Below are positions 49,514 to 58,445 of a stretch of DNA of 64,000 nt, piece after piece (position 1 is the first letter of the stretch; every line of letters begins with the position of its first letter). The position numbers and the translations under genes are program-made. The DNA comes from Candidatus Poribacteria bacterium. GTDB lineage: Bacteria; Poribacteria; WGA-4E; PCPOR2b. Location of the stretch: NCBI GenBank assembly GCA_965116925.1, contig OZ220744.1, forward strand, positions 5,600,001-5,664,000, written 5' to 3'. The notes below the pieces were generated by a model. It was not told the origin of the DNA. It worked only from the letters and a program-made list of their open reading frames with translations, and ran no database searches.

Positions 49514-51256
49514 TCACCGCGCCTTCTCCTCTTTTCGCATCTTGGTAACAGTATCTGGTGAAGGTGTGGCAGACATTTCTATTCCATGCTCTCCACCATC
49601 CGGCATCTTTGGGGCAGGCATTCTCAATCGGGAGTGAAATTCATCGCCCACATATTCGCCGTTTATAGCCGATGCCTGACGCTGCATCTCACGAAACGAC
49701 TCATTCAGCATTGGTTCAAACTGATGGCTAGTGTTGACGATCTCATCCGGTATGCGATCTGATGACTCATGTTGTACTTCCCTTATCTCTATCGGAATCC
49801 CAGAATCATCATGGCTACTACGTCCCATATCGCTTCTTATATTTGCCGCCGGCACCTCCGCCATCGTATTTTCGATTGAGGTCATAGCGTCATAAACTCG
49901 CCACATCCCATTCTCTTGTCGCATCTTAATAAGGCTATATACGGTGTAGGTACACTTTGGCATTCCCTGATCTGTAATACTTGGTGGCTGTTTCAATCGG
50001 AAGTGAAATTCATCACCAACATATTCGCTGCTCACAAGCAATGCCTGCTTTCGTCCTTCACGGACTCTTTCCTCAATCGCCATTCGTTCAAACTGAGACA
50101 TAGTTTCGACAACCTCAGCCGGTGATTCATCTGACGTATCTATGGAATCCTCATCGTCAGGATCTTCATGGCCCTCGCGCCGATACTGCTCTGTCATTAA
50201 TGAGCCCATTGCCTTAAAATCAAGGTTCCGCCACGCCTCGAAGTAAGCGTACATCACATCTTCAGCGGACTGCCCTGTGCTTTCTGATGACGCAGATGTG
50301 CCGGTTGTGAACCCCCGCACTATGTCTAGATTAAATTCCCCGTCTGTTGTGAATTGTGACAGATCCGTTTCCTCAGGTTCACCGACGAAATCGTCAACTG
50401 GCTCTGTGCTTGCTGTGGACGCCATCGCAGCAATTTGCGGCAGATTGTTCCAGCTTGCTGTATCTTGAGCGGTATCAGTTGGGAATCTTTCGGGATTGTT
50501 TCGCAGGCGTGCCGTTCCATCCTCCCACGGCGACAAATACACACGCTCCTCGACTATAGGCGCGTTCATCTGGCGTAGCCCAATGAAACCGATCAAAACC
50601 AGCGCAATCAACCCTATCCCTCCAACCACCATTTTGGGGGTAGTTCCAACTTTTATGGCGGTTAGACCTCTCGTATAAAGTTTCTTCAGCGTCAGCCCGG
50701 GAGTGACGAACACACCGGTCAGAAGGTATCGCAATCGTTTGGAGAGTTGTTGCTTCGCACGTGACAGCCGAAACGAAATCGCCTTGTCTGACAACCCGTG
50801 TGTGCTCGTCAGTTCATTGTAGCTTGCACCCTCAAAGTAGAAAGCACGGGCGATGTCCCTATCCTTTTGCGGAAGTGCCTCCATTGCCCGGCGGATTAGT
50901 TCTCTCTGTTCCTGTCGGGTCAATTGTTCATCAGGCGGGTCTTGTGTCTGTAGTACCCCTTCATCCACGTCATCAAGGGGTACAGTGTTGATCCTTCGTT
51001 TTCGGACCCATTGTCGTGCACAATTTCGCGCAATCTCCGCCAGCCAGCTTTTGAACTTTACCGCATCCTCAAGCTGCCTCAGTCCTCGATAGGCGTTGAG
51101 GAAGGTGTCTTGTATCACCTCTTCGACATCATGGGAATTGTCCACGATTCTTATAACAATCGTATAGACAAAGGGGTAATATTCCCGCATCAGGTCGGTG
51201 AAAGCCCCCTCATCTCCAGCTTGAACGCGATAAATGAGCGTATTGTCATTAGCCAT
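49514..51256 (-). CDS. Membrane-anchored ECF sigma factor (ECF-5) with partial second C-terminal domain
   Basis: Paralog; ATG 51256; second EYVGDEFH..KMRKE block at the C-terminus. Confidence 0.88.
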   Translation of the reverse strand: MANDNTLIYRVQAGDEGAFTDLMREYYPFVYTIVIRIVDNSHDVEEVIQDTFLNAYRGLRQLEDAVKFKSWLAEIARNCARQWVRKRRINTVPLDDVDEGVLQTQDPPDEQLTRQEQRELIRRAMEALPQKDRDIARAFYFEGASYNELTSTHGLSDKAISFRLSRAKQQLSKRLRYLLTGVFVTPGLTLKKLYTRGLTAIKVGTTPKMVVGGIGLIALVLIGFIGLRQMNAPIVEERVYLSPWEDGTARLRNNPERFPTDTAQDTASWNNLPQIAAMASTASTEPVDDFVGEPEETDLSQFTTDGEFNLDIVRGFTTGTSASSESTGQSAEDVMYAYFEAWRNLDFKAMGSLMTEQYRREGHEDPDDEDSIDTSDESPAEVVETMSQFERMAIEERVREGRKQALLVSSEYVGDEFHFRLKQPPSITDQGMPKCTYTVYSLIKMRQENGMWRVYDAMTSIENTMAEVPAANIRSDMGRSSHDDSGIPIEIREVQHESSDRIPDEIVNTSHQFEPMLNESFREMQRQASAINGEYVGDEFHSRLRMPAPKMPDGGEHGIEMSATPSPDTVTKMRKEEKAR

Positions 51257-51280
51257 GGACTCTCGTTCCTCCCAACATTT

Positions 51281-51317
51281 TATCAAGATACAGTCCCGAG
51301 ATCTGTCTGGCACTTTA
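51281..51317 (-). promoter_or_regulatory. ECF-type promoter motif copy (variant -35 GTGCCAG)
   Basis: GTGCCAGACAGATCTCGGGACTGTATCTTGATA. Confidence 0.5.
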
Positions 51318-51353
51318 TGTGAACATCTCATCAGATTGAAAGGTTCGTCCGGC

Positions 51354-51382
51354 ATTATATCCACTTGTCAAATCCGCGTCAA
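51354..51382 (-). promoter_or_regulatory. sigma70 promoter TTGACG-17-TATAAT upstream of ECF-5
   Basis: Consensus match. Confidence 0.75.
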
Positions 51383-51457
51383 GCAAATTATAGTGAAACT
51401 GGAAGCGGAAAAGCGTGGATCCGGACCTCGGCAACGCCGTTCTTTCAATAGTGGAGG

Positions 51458-52492
51458 CTATCGGTCAATCTGTTTGAGCCAACCCCACATTGTGAATTGT
51501 TTGCCGGTGGGAGAAACCGAAAAAGGAGAGTTCAACCAGACAGGATCGCCGTCACGATGCAGATTATTGGTGAGTTTTTGAGGATTAGCCCCATTATTGT
51601 CCATCACGTAGATTTCACTGTTTCCATTCCCATCCCTCTCCGACATGAAGGCAATGCGTTCACCGTCCGGAGACCATGAGGGCGAACTGTCATCACCGCG
51701 ATTATTGGTCAGTTTTTGTTGATTCCCACCATCGACGTCCATCACGTAGATTTCAAAGTTTTCAAAGTCACCCTTCCTATCAGATGCGTAGACAATCCGT
51801 TCACCGTCAGGAGACCAGGAGGGAAACCAGTCAGTTTGACGATTTTCAGTAAGTCTCTGTTGATTACCTCCATCGACATCCATTACATAGATTTCAGTAG
51901 TGATTCCAGCTTTGCCTCTAAAGTGCCCAGGCCTCTCAGATACAAAGACGATCCGTTTGCCATCGGGGGACCAAGAGGGATACCTGTCGTCACTGGGATT
52001 GTTAGTCAGGTTTTGAAGATTCCCACCATCGGCGTCCATCACGTAGATTTCATAAGTAGGAGCAAAATCTATAATGTGCCCATCCCTCATAGACATGAAG
52101 ACGATCTGTGTGCCGTCAGGAGACCAGGAGGGGCCCCTGTCATCAGCGGGATTTTCAGTGAGTCTTTGCGGATTCTTCCCATCGGCGTCCATCACGTAGA
52201 TTTCATAAGTAAACCAACCGGGTACAAAGTGAGGGTGGCCATCTCTATCCGACACGAAGACAATCCGTTTACCGTCCGGAGACCAGGAGGGATCCCAGTC
52301 CTTAGCGGGATTATTGGTGAGTCTTCGCTGATTCTTCCCATCAACATCCATCACATAAATTTCAGGGTTGCCATCCCTCTGAGACACGAAGGCAATCTGC
52401 GCTTGTGAATTGACGACTACCATCAGCAGCGTTAGAACCATGATTACAACACCAGTTAAAATCAAATGGGCGAGATTATATCTTCGGTGCAT
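51458..52492 (-). CDS. Secreted PD40/TolB-like beta-propeller (subtype A)
   Basis: 5 WSPD repeats, DGH/PGH loops, FTMWGWLK; ATG 52492 behind GAGGAGG. Confidence 0.9.
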   Translation of the reverse strand: MHRRYNLAHLILTGVVIMVLTLLMVVVNSQAQIAFVSQRDGNPEIYVMDVDGKNQRRLTNNPAKDWDPSWSPDGKRIVFVSDRDGHPHFVPGWFTYEIYVMDADGKNPQRLTENPADDRGPSWSPDGTQIVFMSMRDGHIIDFAPTYEIYVMDADGGNLQNLTNNPSDDRYPSWSPDGKRIVFVSERPGHFRGKAGITTEIYVMDVDGGNQQRLTENRQTDWFPSWSPDGERIVYASDRKGDFENFEIYVMDVDGGNQQKLTNNRGDDSSPSWSPDGERIAFMSERDGNGNSEIYVMDNNGANPQKLTNNLHRDGDPVWLNSPFSVSPTGKQFTMWGWLKQIDR

Positions 52493-52525
52493 CTGTCTTT
52501 CCTCCTCTGTTCTCAAATCATTTTT

Positions 52526-52657
52526 GGCTCATGTAAAAAGAAAGTGCAAAATATGAACGAAATCGTAGGGGCGGGGTTGCCCCGCCCGCAATAAGGGTTG
52601 GGTGACCCAACCCCTACGAAAACTCGGTCGCTGTTGCCCGCTTTCTTAACGGGACCC
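52526..52657. mobile_element. MITE family A copy with REP doublet, TSD TC(A/G)TTTTT
   Basis: Inverted near-copy of 54128-54259. Confidence 0.8.
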
Positions 52658-52700
52658 TCGTTTTTTTTATCCTTAAACACTGTTCTCTCAATAATGACAG

Positions 52701-53699
52701 TTATCGGTCAACCCGCTTGAGCCAGCCCCACCTCGTGAGTATCTTACCTGTCGGAGCAACTGAAAGAACGGGGTTAGACCATGCAGGAACAGTGTCATCA
52801 TCGGGATGATTGGTCAGGTTTCGAGGATTATTCCCATCGGTGTTTATCACGAAGATTTCATGGTTCCCATCATTCTCCCTATCAGACACGAAGACAATCT
52901 GTTTACCGTCCGGAGACCAGGAGGGGTTCCAATCCCTAAAGGGATTTTGAGTCACTCTTTGCTGATTGCCTCCATCGGCGTCCATCACATAGATATCCCG
53001 GTTTCCCCCTGGCCCATTCCTAAAGGAATCAAAGGCAATGCGCTTACCGTCTGGAGACCATGACGGATTTTGATCATGCTTGGCATTATTGGTGAGGTTC
53101 TGCTTATTACCCCCATCGGCATCCATCACGAAGATCTCAAAGTTCCCACCCTCAACGGAATTAAAGGCAATCCGTTGACCGTCGGGAGACCATGACGGAT
53201 CGCTCTCATCAGAAAAAGGATCGTTGGAGAGGTTTTGCACATTACCCCCATCGGCATCCATCACATAGATTTGCCAAACTCCACCCGCAACGTTCCAGTG
53301 CTCACTAGAAGTAAAGACAATCCGTTGACCGTCGGGAGACCATGACGGTTCCCATTCAGAAAAGTCACTGTTAGTGAGTTTTTGCTTATTCCCCCCATCG
53401 GCGTCCATCACGAAGATTTGCCGGTTCTCATCCCTAGCTCCTTCTCCAGCCCTACTGGTAACAAAGGCAATCCGTTGACCGTCCGGTGACCATGTGGGTT
53501 CCGATTCATCCAAGGGATTGTTAGTGAGTCTTCGCAGATTCCCCCCATCGGTGTCTATCACATAGATTTCCAAGTTCCAATCCCTATCAGACACGAAGGC
53601 AATCTGTGCCTGTGCGTCAACGCATACCATCAGCAGCGTTAGACCCAAGACTACCATGCTAGTTAAAATCAAATATCCGGGATTATATCTCCGTCGCAT
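52701..53699 (-). CDS. Secreted PD40/TolB-like beta-propeller (subtype B-like)
   Basis: 5 WSPD repeats, LTRWGWLK; ATG 53699. Confidence 0.9.
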   Translation of the reverse strand: MRRRYNPGYLILTSMVVLGLTLLMVCVDAQAQIAFVSDRDWNLEIYVIDTDGGNLRRLTNNPLDESEPTWSPDGQRIAFVTSRAGEGARDENRQIFVMDADGGNKQKLTNSDFSEWEPSWSPDGQRIVFTSSEHWNVAGGVWQIYVMDADGGNVQNLSNDPFSDESDPSWSPDGQRIAFNSVEGGNFEIFVMDADGGNKQNLTNNAKHDQNPSWSPDGKRIAFDSFRNGPGGNRDIYVMDADGGNQQRVTQNPFRDWNPSWSPDGKQIVFVSDRENDGNHEIFVINTDGNNPRNLTNHPDDDTVPAWSNPVLSVAPTGKILTRWGWLKRVDR

Positions 53700-53974
53700 C
53701 TGTCTTTCCTCCTCTGTTTTCAAATCAGTTTTTGATCCTTTGAGTTGATAGTGGTCAACTGGTGTTGGCAATCTCCTTCAAATTATAGTAGATTTTAGAA
53801 TTAATTGGACGCTATGAACGAGCACGGCAGAAACCTGTTGGCACGGTTACGGCACACGGTATACGCTTCCGATGTAAAGGGCAATCTGCCATAAGTAGCG
53901 CAAACTGTTAGTTTGCGGCTTGGGATCACAATCTAACAGATTGTGGTACAAAAAACTATCTACTTTTAATGTCT

Positions 53975-54113
53975 TAGGACTTACGCAGTTGAATGGTCAA
54001 ACCCTTGTAGTTCGGTGATTCATCGCCCGTCCCCCCCTCTATCCCCCGCAAGCAGGGGGAGGGAAGAACGCGCAATGAATTGCGCTACTACAAACTGAAG
54101 TGCGTAACTCCTA
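53975..54113. mobile_element. MITE family B copy, possible 5-bp TSD TGTCT
   Basis: TAGGACTTACGCA...TGCGTAACTCCTA. Confidence 0.7.
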
Positions 54114-54127
54114 TGTCTATTTATTTT

Positions 54128-54259
54128 GGCTCATGTTAAGAAAGCGTGCAACAGCAACCGAGTTTTCGTAGGGGTTGGGTCACCCAACCCTTACTGCGGG
54201 CGGGGAAACCCCGCCCCTACGATTTCGTTCATATTTTGCACTTTCTTTTTACATGAGCC
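54128..54259. mobile_element. MITE family A copy with REP doublet, TSD TTTATTTT
   Basis: TIRs and exact TSD. Confidence 0.88.
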
Positions 54260-54377
54260 TTTATTTTTAGAATTCACTATAAACGGACAATTCGGTTTAT
54301 TATCGCATGAAGTCTTCAGCCCTTCCTTGGCGTTTATGACCCAACCTCAACGAACACTGTTTTCTCAATAATCCCAC

Positions 54378-55379
54378 TCATCGGTTGACCTGTTTGAGCC
54401 ACCCCCACATTGTAAGCTTTTTGCCCACGGGAGAGACCGAAAAAGGTGAATTCAACCATGCAGGACTAACGTCATCATGGGGATTATTGGTGAGTCTTTG
54501 CGGATTCTTCCCATCGGCGTCCATCACGTAGATTTCAGGGTTCCCATCCCTCCAAGACACGAAGGCAATGCGTTTACTGTCAGGAGACCATGTGGGCTGC
54601 AGATCAGAACGGCGATTTTCAGTGAGTTTTTGTTGATTCCCTCCATCGGCATCCATCACGTAGATTTCAGGGTTTTCAAAATCCCCCTTCCTATCAGCCT
54701 CAAAGGCAATCCGTTCTCCGTCGGGAGACCATGAGGGATAGAAGTCATTCTGGCGGTTTTCAGTCAGTCTCTGTTCATTCTGCCCATCAGCAGCCATCAC
54801 GTAGATTTCATAAGTGATTAGAAACTTGCTTTTAAAGTGCCCAGGCCTCTGGGACACAAAGACAATGCGTTGACTATCGGGAGCCCATGAAGGATACCTG
54901 TCATCATTGGGATCGTTAGTGAGGTTTTGAGGATTCTTCCCATCAGCGTCCATCACGTAGATTTCAAAAGTGGGTGCAGCGTCTACAATGTGCCCATCCC
55001 GCAAAGTCATGAAGGCAATCCGTTTACCGTCGGGAGCCCATACGGGATACCAGTCCTCATTGGGATTATTGGTGAGTCTACGTGGATTCTCTCCATCGGC
55101 ATCCATCACGTAGATTTCACGGTTCCCATCTCGTTCGGAAACAAAGACAATGCGCTTGCCATCGGGGGACCATGAGGGCCACCAGTCATTATCGCGATTA
55201 TCGGTGAGTCTTTGTTGATTCTTCCCATCAATGTCCATCACGTAGATTTCATCGTTCCCATCCCTATCAGACACAAAGGCAATCTGTGCCTGTGTATCAA
55301 CACATACCACCAGCGGCGTTACACCTAGGACTGCTACGATAGCTAAAATCAAATGTGTGGGACTGTATTTCTGTCGCAT
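54378..55379 (-). CDS. Secreted PD40/TolB-like beta-propeller (subtype A)
   Basis: 5 W(S/A)PD repeats, LTMWGWLK. Confidence 0.9.
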   Translation of the reverse strand: MRQKYSPTHLILAIVAVLGVTPLVVCVDTQAQIAFVSDRDGNDEIYVMDIDGKNQQRLTDNRDNDWWPSWSPDGKRIVFVSERDGNREIYVMDADGENPRRLTNNPNEDWYPVWAPDGKRIAFMTLRDGHIVDAAPTFEIYVMDADGKNPQNLTNDPNDDRYPSWAPDSQRIVFVSQRPGHFKSKFLITYEIYVMAADGQNEQRLTENRQNDFYPSWSPDGERIAFEADRKGDFENPEIYVMDADGGNQQKLTENRRSDLQPTWSPDSKRIAFVSWRDGNPEIYVMDADGKNPQRLTNNPHDDVSPAWLNSPFSVSPVGKKLTMWGWLKQVNR

Positions 55380-55400
55380 CTGTCTTTCCTCCCCAGACTT

Positions 55401-55436
55401 TATTAAGATACAATTCTGAGATTTTTTCTAGCACTT
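55401..55436 (-). promoter_or_regulatory. ECF-type promoter motif copy
   Basis: GTGCTAGAAAAAATCTCAGAATTGTATCTTAATA. Confidence 0.65.
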
Positions 55437-55537
55437 TTTTCGTTTTTAAGGAAAAAATATGACTTCCTGTTGGAACGCTCCCTAAATCCACACTATCCTA
55501 AGAGGTATTTTGCCTCTTTCTTCGCGGAGTAAGCAAT

Positions 55538-55569
55538 AAAAAAGGCGAATGGAATGAACCATTCGCCTT
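55538..55569 (-). terminator. Array terminator after ECF-6
   Basis: Same hairpin plus U-tract. Confidence 0.8.
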
Positions 55570-55596
55570 GTGAACTCTTGGGGATAGGATTATAAA

Positions 55597-57033
55597 CTAG
55601 CGGTGAAACATCTCTGACAACTCTGCCTGCGCCCTGTCTGAATCGAACACACTGTCATAAATTCGCCACGCGCCCTCCTCTTTTCGCATCTTAATAAGCC
55701 TCTCTTCGGACGGAAAAACCACTGTTTCCCCCTGATCTGAAATATCCGGTATCTCCGATGCCGGCGTTCTGAATCGGAAGTGAAATTCATCGCCGACATA
55801 CTTGTTACTCACAACCTCAGCTTGACTTCGCCTTTTTTGGCTTAACTGCTCTAACAACGGTTCAAGCTGCCTACTCTTTTCTTCTACATCTTCCACATCT
55901 GGCTGTCCGCCTACTGTCGCCACACCGATTACTGTTGTCTCATCAAGACCACTATGTCCGATATCCTCTGCGAATAATGGGCGCATTGCCTTATAGTCAA
56001 AGTTTCGCCATGCTTCTACATAAGCGTCCATCACATCTTCAGCAGACTGATTTGTGCTTTCTGATGACACAGATGTGTCAGCAGTGAAATCTTGCTCTGT
56101 ATCTAGCTCAAATTCCGCTTCCGTTGCGAATTGCGCCATATCCGTTTCGTCGAGTTCAGCGAAGAAATCGTCAATTGGCTCCATTCCTGCTGCAGATTCT
56201 GCCGGAGCAGTTTGTGGCTGAGTGTCTCCGCTTTCCGCATCTTGAGTGGTGTCAGCTAGGAGTTCTTCAGTGCTGTTTCGTGGACGTGCAGTGCCATCCT
56301 CCCACGGCGACAAATACACCCGCTCCTCAACTGTGGGCGCATTCATCTGACGGACTCCGATATAACCGATGAAAATCAGTCCAATCAGTGCTATCGCGCT
56401 TACTGTTATTTTAGGTGCCATTCCAACCTTCATGGCAGCTAGACCTCCCGAATAGATTTTTTTGAGTGTTAATCCGGGAGGAACAAAGATGCCAGTCAGC
56501 AGATATTGCAACCGTTTGGAGAGTTGTCGCCTCGCACGCGATAGCCGGAACGAAATCGCCTTATCTGACAGTCCGTGCGTGCTAGTCAACTCGTTGTAAC
56601 TTGCACCTTCCAGATAGAATGCGCGGACAATATCCCTGTCTTTCTGCGGAAGTGTCTCCATTATACGGCGAATCAGCTCGCTCTGTTCCTGTCGCGTCAA
56701 TCGCTCATCAGGTGAATCTTCCATTTGAAGCAGGTGTTCACTCACTTCGTCGATAGACACGGTATCGCCTCTCTGTTTACGGAGCCAGTTTCGCGCCCGA
56801 TTTCGCGCTATCTCTGCCAACCAGCTTTTGAATTTCGCGTTATCCTCAAGCTGTTTCAAACCTCGATAGGCACTGAGAAAGGTATCTTGCACAACCTCTT
56901 CGGCGTCATGGGAATTTTTCACGATTCCGATTACGATTGCATAAACATAGGCGTGGTATGACCGCATCAGGGCAGCAAACGCTTGTTCATCGCCAGCTTG
57001 GGCGTGATGGATGAGTGTATTCTCCTTAGCCAT
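55597..57033 (-). CDS. Membrane-anchored ECF sigma factor (ECF-6)
   Basis: Paralog of ECF-1. Confidence 0.9.
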   Translation of the reverse strand: MAKENTLIHHAQAGDEQAFAALMRSYHAYVYAIVIGIVKNSHDAEEVVQDTFLSAYRGLKQLEDNAKFKSWLAEIARNRARNWLRKQRGDTVSIDEVSEHLLQMEDSPDERLTRQEQSELIRRIMETLPQKDRDIVRAFYLEGASYNELTSTHGLSDKAISFRLSRARRQLSKRLQYLLTGIFVPPGLTLKKIYSGGLAAMKVGMAPKITVSAIALIGLIFIGYIGVRQMNAPTVEERVYLSPWEDGTARPRNSTEELLADTTQDAESGDTQPQTAPAESAAGMEPIDDFFAELDETDMAQFATEAEFELDTEQDFTADTSVSSESTNQSAEDVMDAYVEAWRNFDYKAMRPLFAEDIGHSGLDETTVIGVATVGGQPDVEDVEEKSRQLEPLLEQLSQKRRSQAEVVSNKYVGDEFHFRFRTPASEIPDISDQGETVVFPSEERLIKMRKEEGAWRIYDSVFDSDRAQAELSEMFHR

Positions 57034-57058
57034 GGCTCTTCGTTCCTCCCTTACACCC

Positions 57059-57095
57059 TACCAAGACACAGTTTCGAGATTTTTTCTAGCACTTT
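57059..57095 (-). promoter_or_regulatory. ECF-type promoter motif copy
   Basis: GTGCTAGAAAAAATCTCGAAACTGTGTCTTGGTA. Confidence 0.65.
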
Positions 57096-57141
57096 TTTAT
57101 TTTAAGAAACATTTTACCCGTTTCTTCACAAAGCAAGCAAT

Positions 57142-57172
57142 AAAAAAGGCGAATGGAGGGGACCATTCGCCT
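57142..57172 (-). terminator. Array terminator after propeller 57217-58296
   Basis: Same hairpin plus U-tract. Confidence 0.8.
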
Positions 57173-57216
57173 AATTCTAAAGAGGTCTTCTATTCCATAA
57201 TTGGTGTTTCAAATTG

Positions 57217-58296
57217 TCACTGCCTCCCCAATTTTATGCGTCCCCAAAGGGTAGTTTGATTATCTGATACCTCCACCGATAAAGAGCGGTCAGGAATGAC
57301 CCACGTCGGGTTAGTGTCCGCCCGCGGATCCCCAGTGAGCTGTTTCTGATTATCCCCGTTGGCATCCATGACATAAATATCTGAACGCTTCCCGACCCGA
57401 AATGCGTGGTAAGCTATCCACCTACCATCGGGAGACCATGCAGGCGCCTGGTCTTCCCATGGGTGGCGGGTTAGGTTGACGACATTCGCTCCATCAGGGT
57501 TCATCGCATAGATATCGTCCTGCTCCCCTTCCCGATTGGAATGAAACGCTATCTTTGTCCCATCGGGAGACCATGTGGGTGCAGCGTCGCGGGCGGGGTG
57601 GTTGGTCAAATTGATTTGGTTGTTCCCATTTGCGTCCATCACATAGATTTCCCCGTTTCCATCCCGATTGGAAAAGAATACGATTTTTGAGCCATCAGGA
57701 GACCAAGAACCGACCTCATCTACTCCTGGCGACTGTGTTAAGTTCTTCAACTGATTGCCCTCAATATCCATGACACAAACATCCGTCATACCATCTGGTG
57801 ACCCGTCAGTGCTGGTGAGAGCTAACCACTTCCCATCCGGGGACCATTTTGGCGATAGGTACGTTTGACCGCCAAACTGTTCGGTTATGCTTTTGTGCTG
57901 TTTCGGAGGATCAATAATTGCTACTTGGACTGCCCGATTTTCAAATTTCGGACCTAAATGATTCTTCAGCACTTCAGGAAGAAGAACAGGAGTCTCCAAA
58001 TATATATGAGCACGATGTTGGTCCTGCAGGTGGAAGGCAATATATTTGCCATCAAGGGACCAGGCGATTGGACCATATTTGAAGGTACTAGCCCTCCAAC
58101 TTTCTTCATTTAATCCATCCGCATCAATCACATAAACTACTATCTCATCCTCAAAAGGGTGGCGCTTCCGATCGGATACAAACACAATGGTGCCGGTCCG
58201 CTCGTCGGCAAAAGCCTGTTCGGTAAACAGAATCCATGTAAATAAAGGTATCATGACACCAAGAATCCTCCGGGACACTGAGAGTTGCTTCAACAT
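57217..58296 (-). CDS. Secreted PD40/TolB-like beta-propeller (subtype C)
   Basis: ATG 58296 behind GGAGG; WSPDG repeats; TTLWGRIK. Confidence 0.88.
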   Translation of the reverse strand: MLKQLSVSRRILGVMIPLFTWILFTEQAFADERTGTIVFVSDRKRHPFEDEIVVYVIDADGLNEESWRASTFKYGPIAWSLDGKYIAFHLQDQHRAHIYLETPVLLPEVLKNHLGPKFENRAVQVAIIDPPKQHKSITEQFGGQTYLSPKWSPDGKWLALTSTDGSPDGMTDVCVMDIEGNQLKNLTQSPGVDEVGSWSPDGSKIVFFSNRDGNGEIYVMDANGNNQINLTNHPARDAAPTWSPDGTKIAFHSNREGEQDDIYAMNPDGANVVNLTRHPWEDQAPAWSPDGRWIAYHAFRVGKRSDIYVMDANGDNQKQLTGDPRADTNPTWVIPDRSLSVEVSDNQTTLWGRIKLGRQ

Positions 58297-58445
58297 GTGT
58301 AATCCTCCTTGCATTCGTTTGGTAATCATGTGTGACCGAATTCCGTCGGGACAGTAACGAACGGCGTCCCCCATATCCTCAATAAGCCCCTCGCTGCACA
58401 TGAGCTCATCGACACCTTAGCCCAGATTTGTTCTTCACCAATATC

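Noticed and set aside
49514..49516. TGA at the end of ECF-5 as selenocysteine
   Set aside because: Aligns to an Arg CGA of paralogs, not Cys; best explained as a nonsense mutation
42093..55175. Recurrent plus-strand ORFs (IGVHHVDF repeats) as a gene family
   Set aside because: Antisense shadows of the PD40 blade repeats; no SD or independent signal
34583..58296. Diversity-generating retroelement behind the variable domains
   Set aside because: No reverse transcriptase in the window; variation includes indels and I saw no adenine-specific template/variable repeat pair
37877..58296. Calling the propellers true TolB of a Tol-Pal system
   Set aside because: No TolB N-terminal domain and no tolQRA/pal nearby
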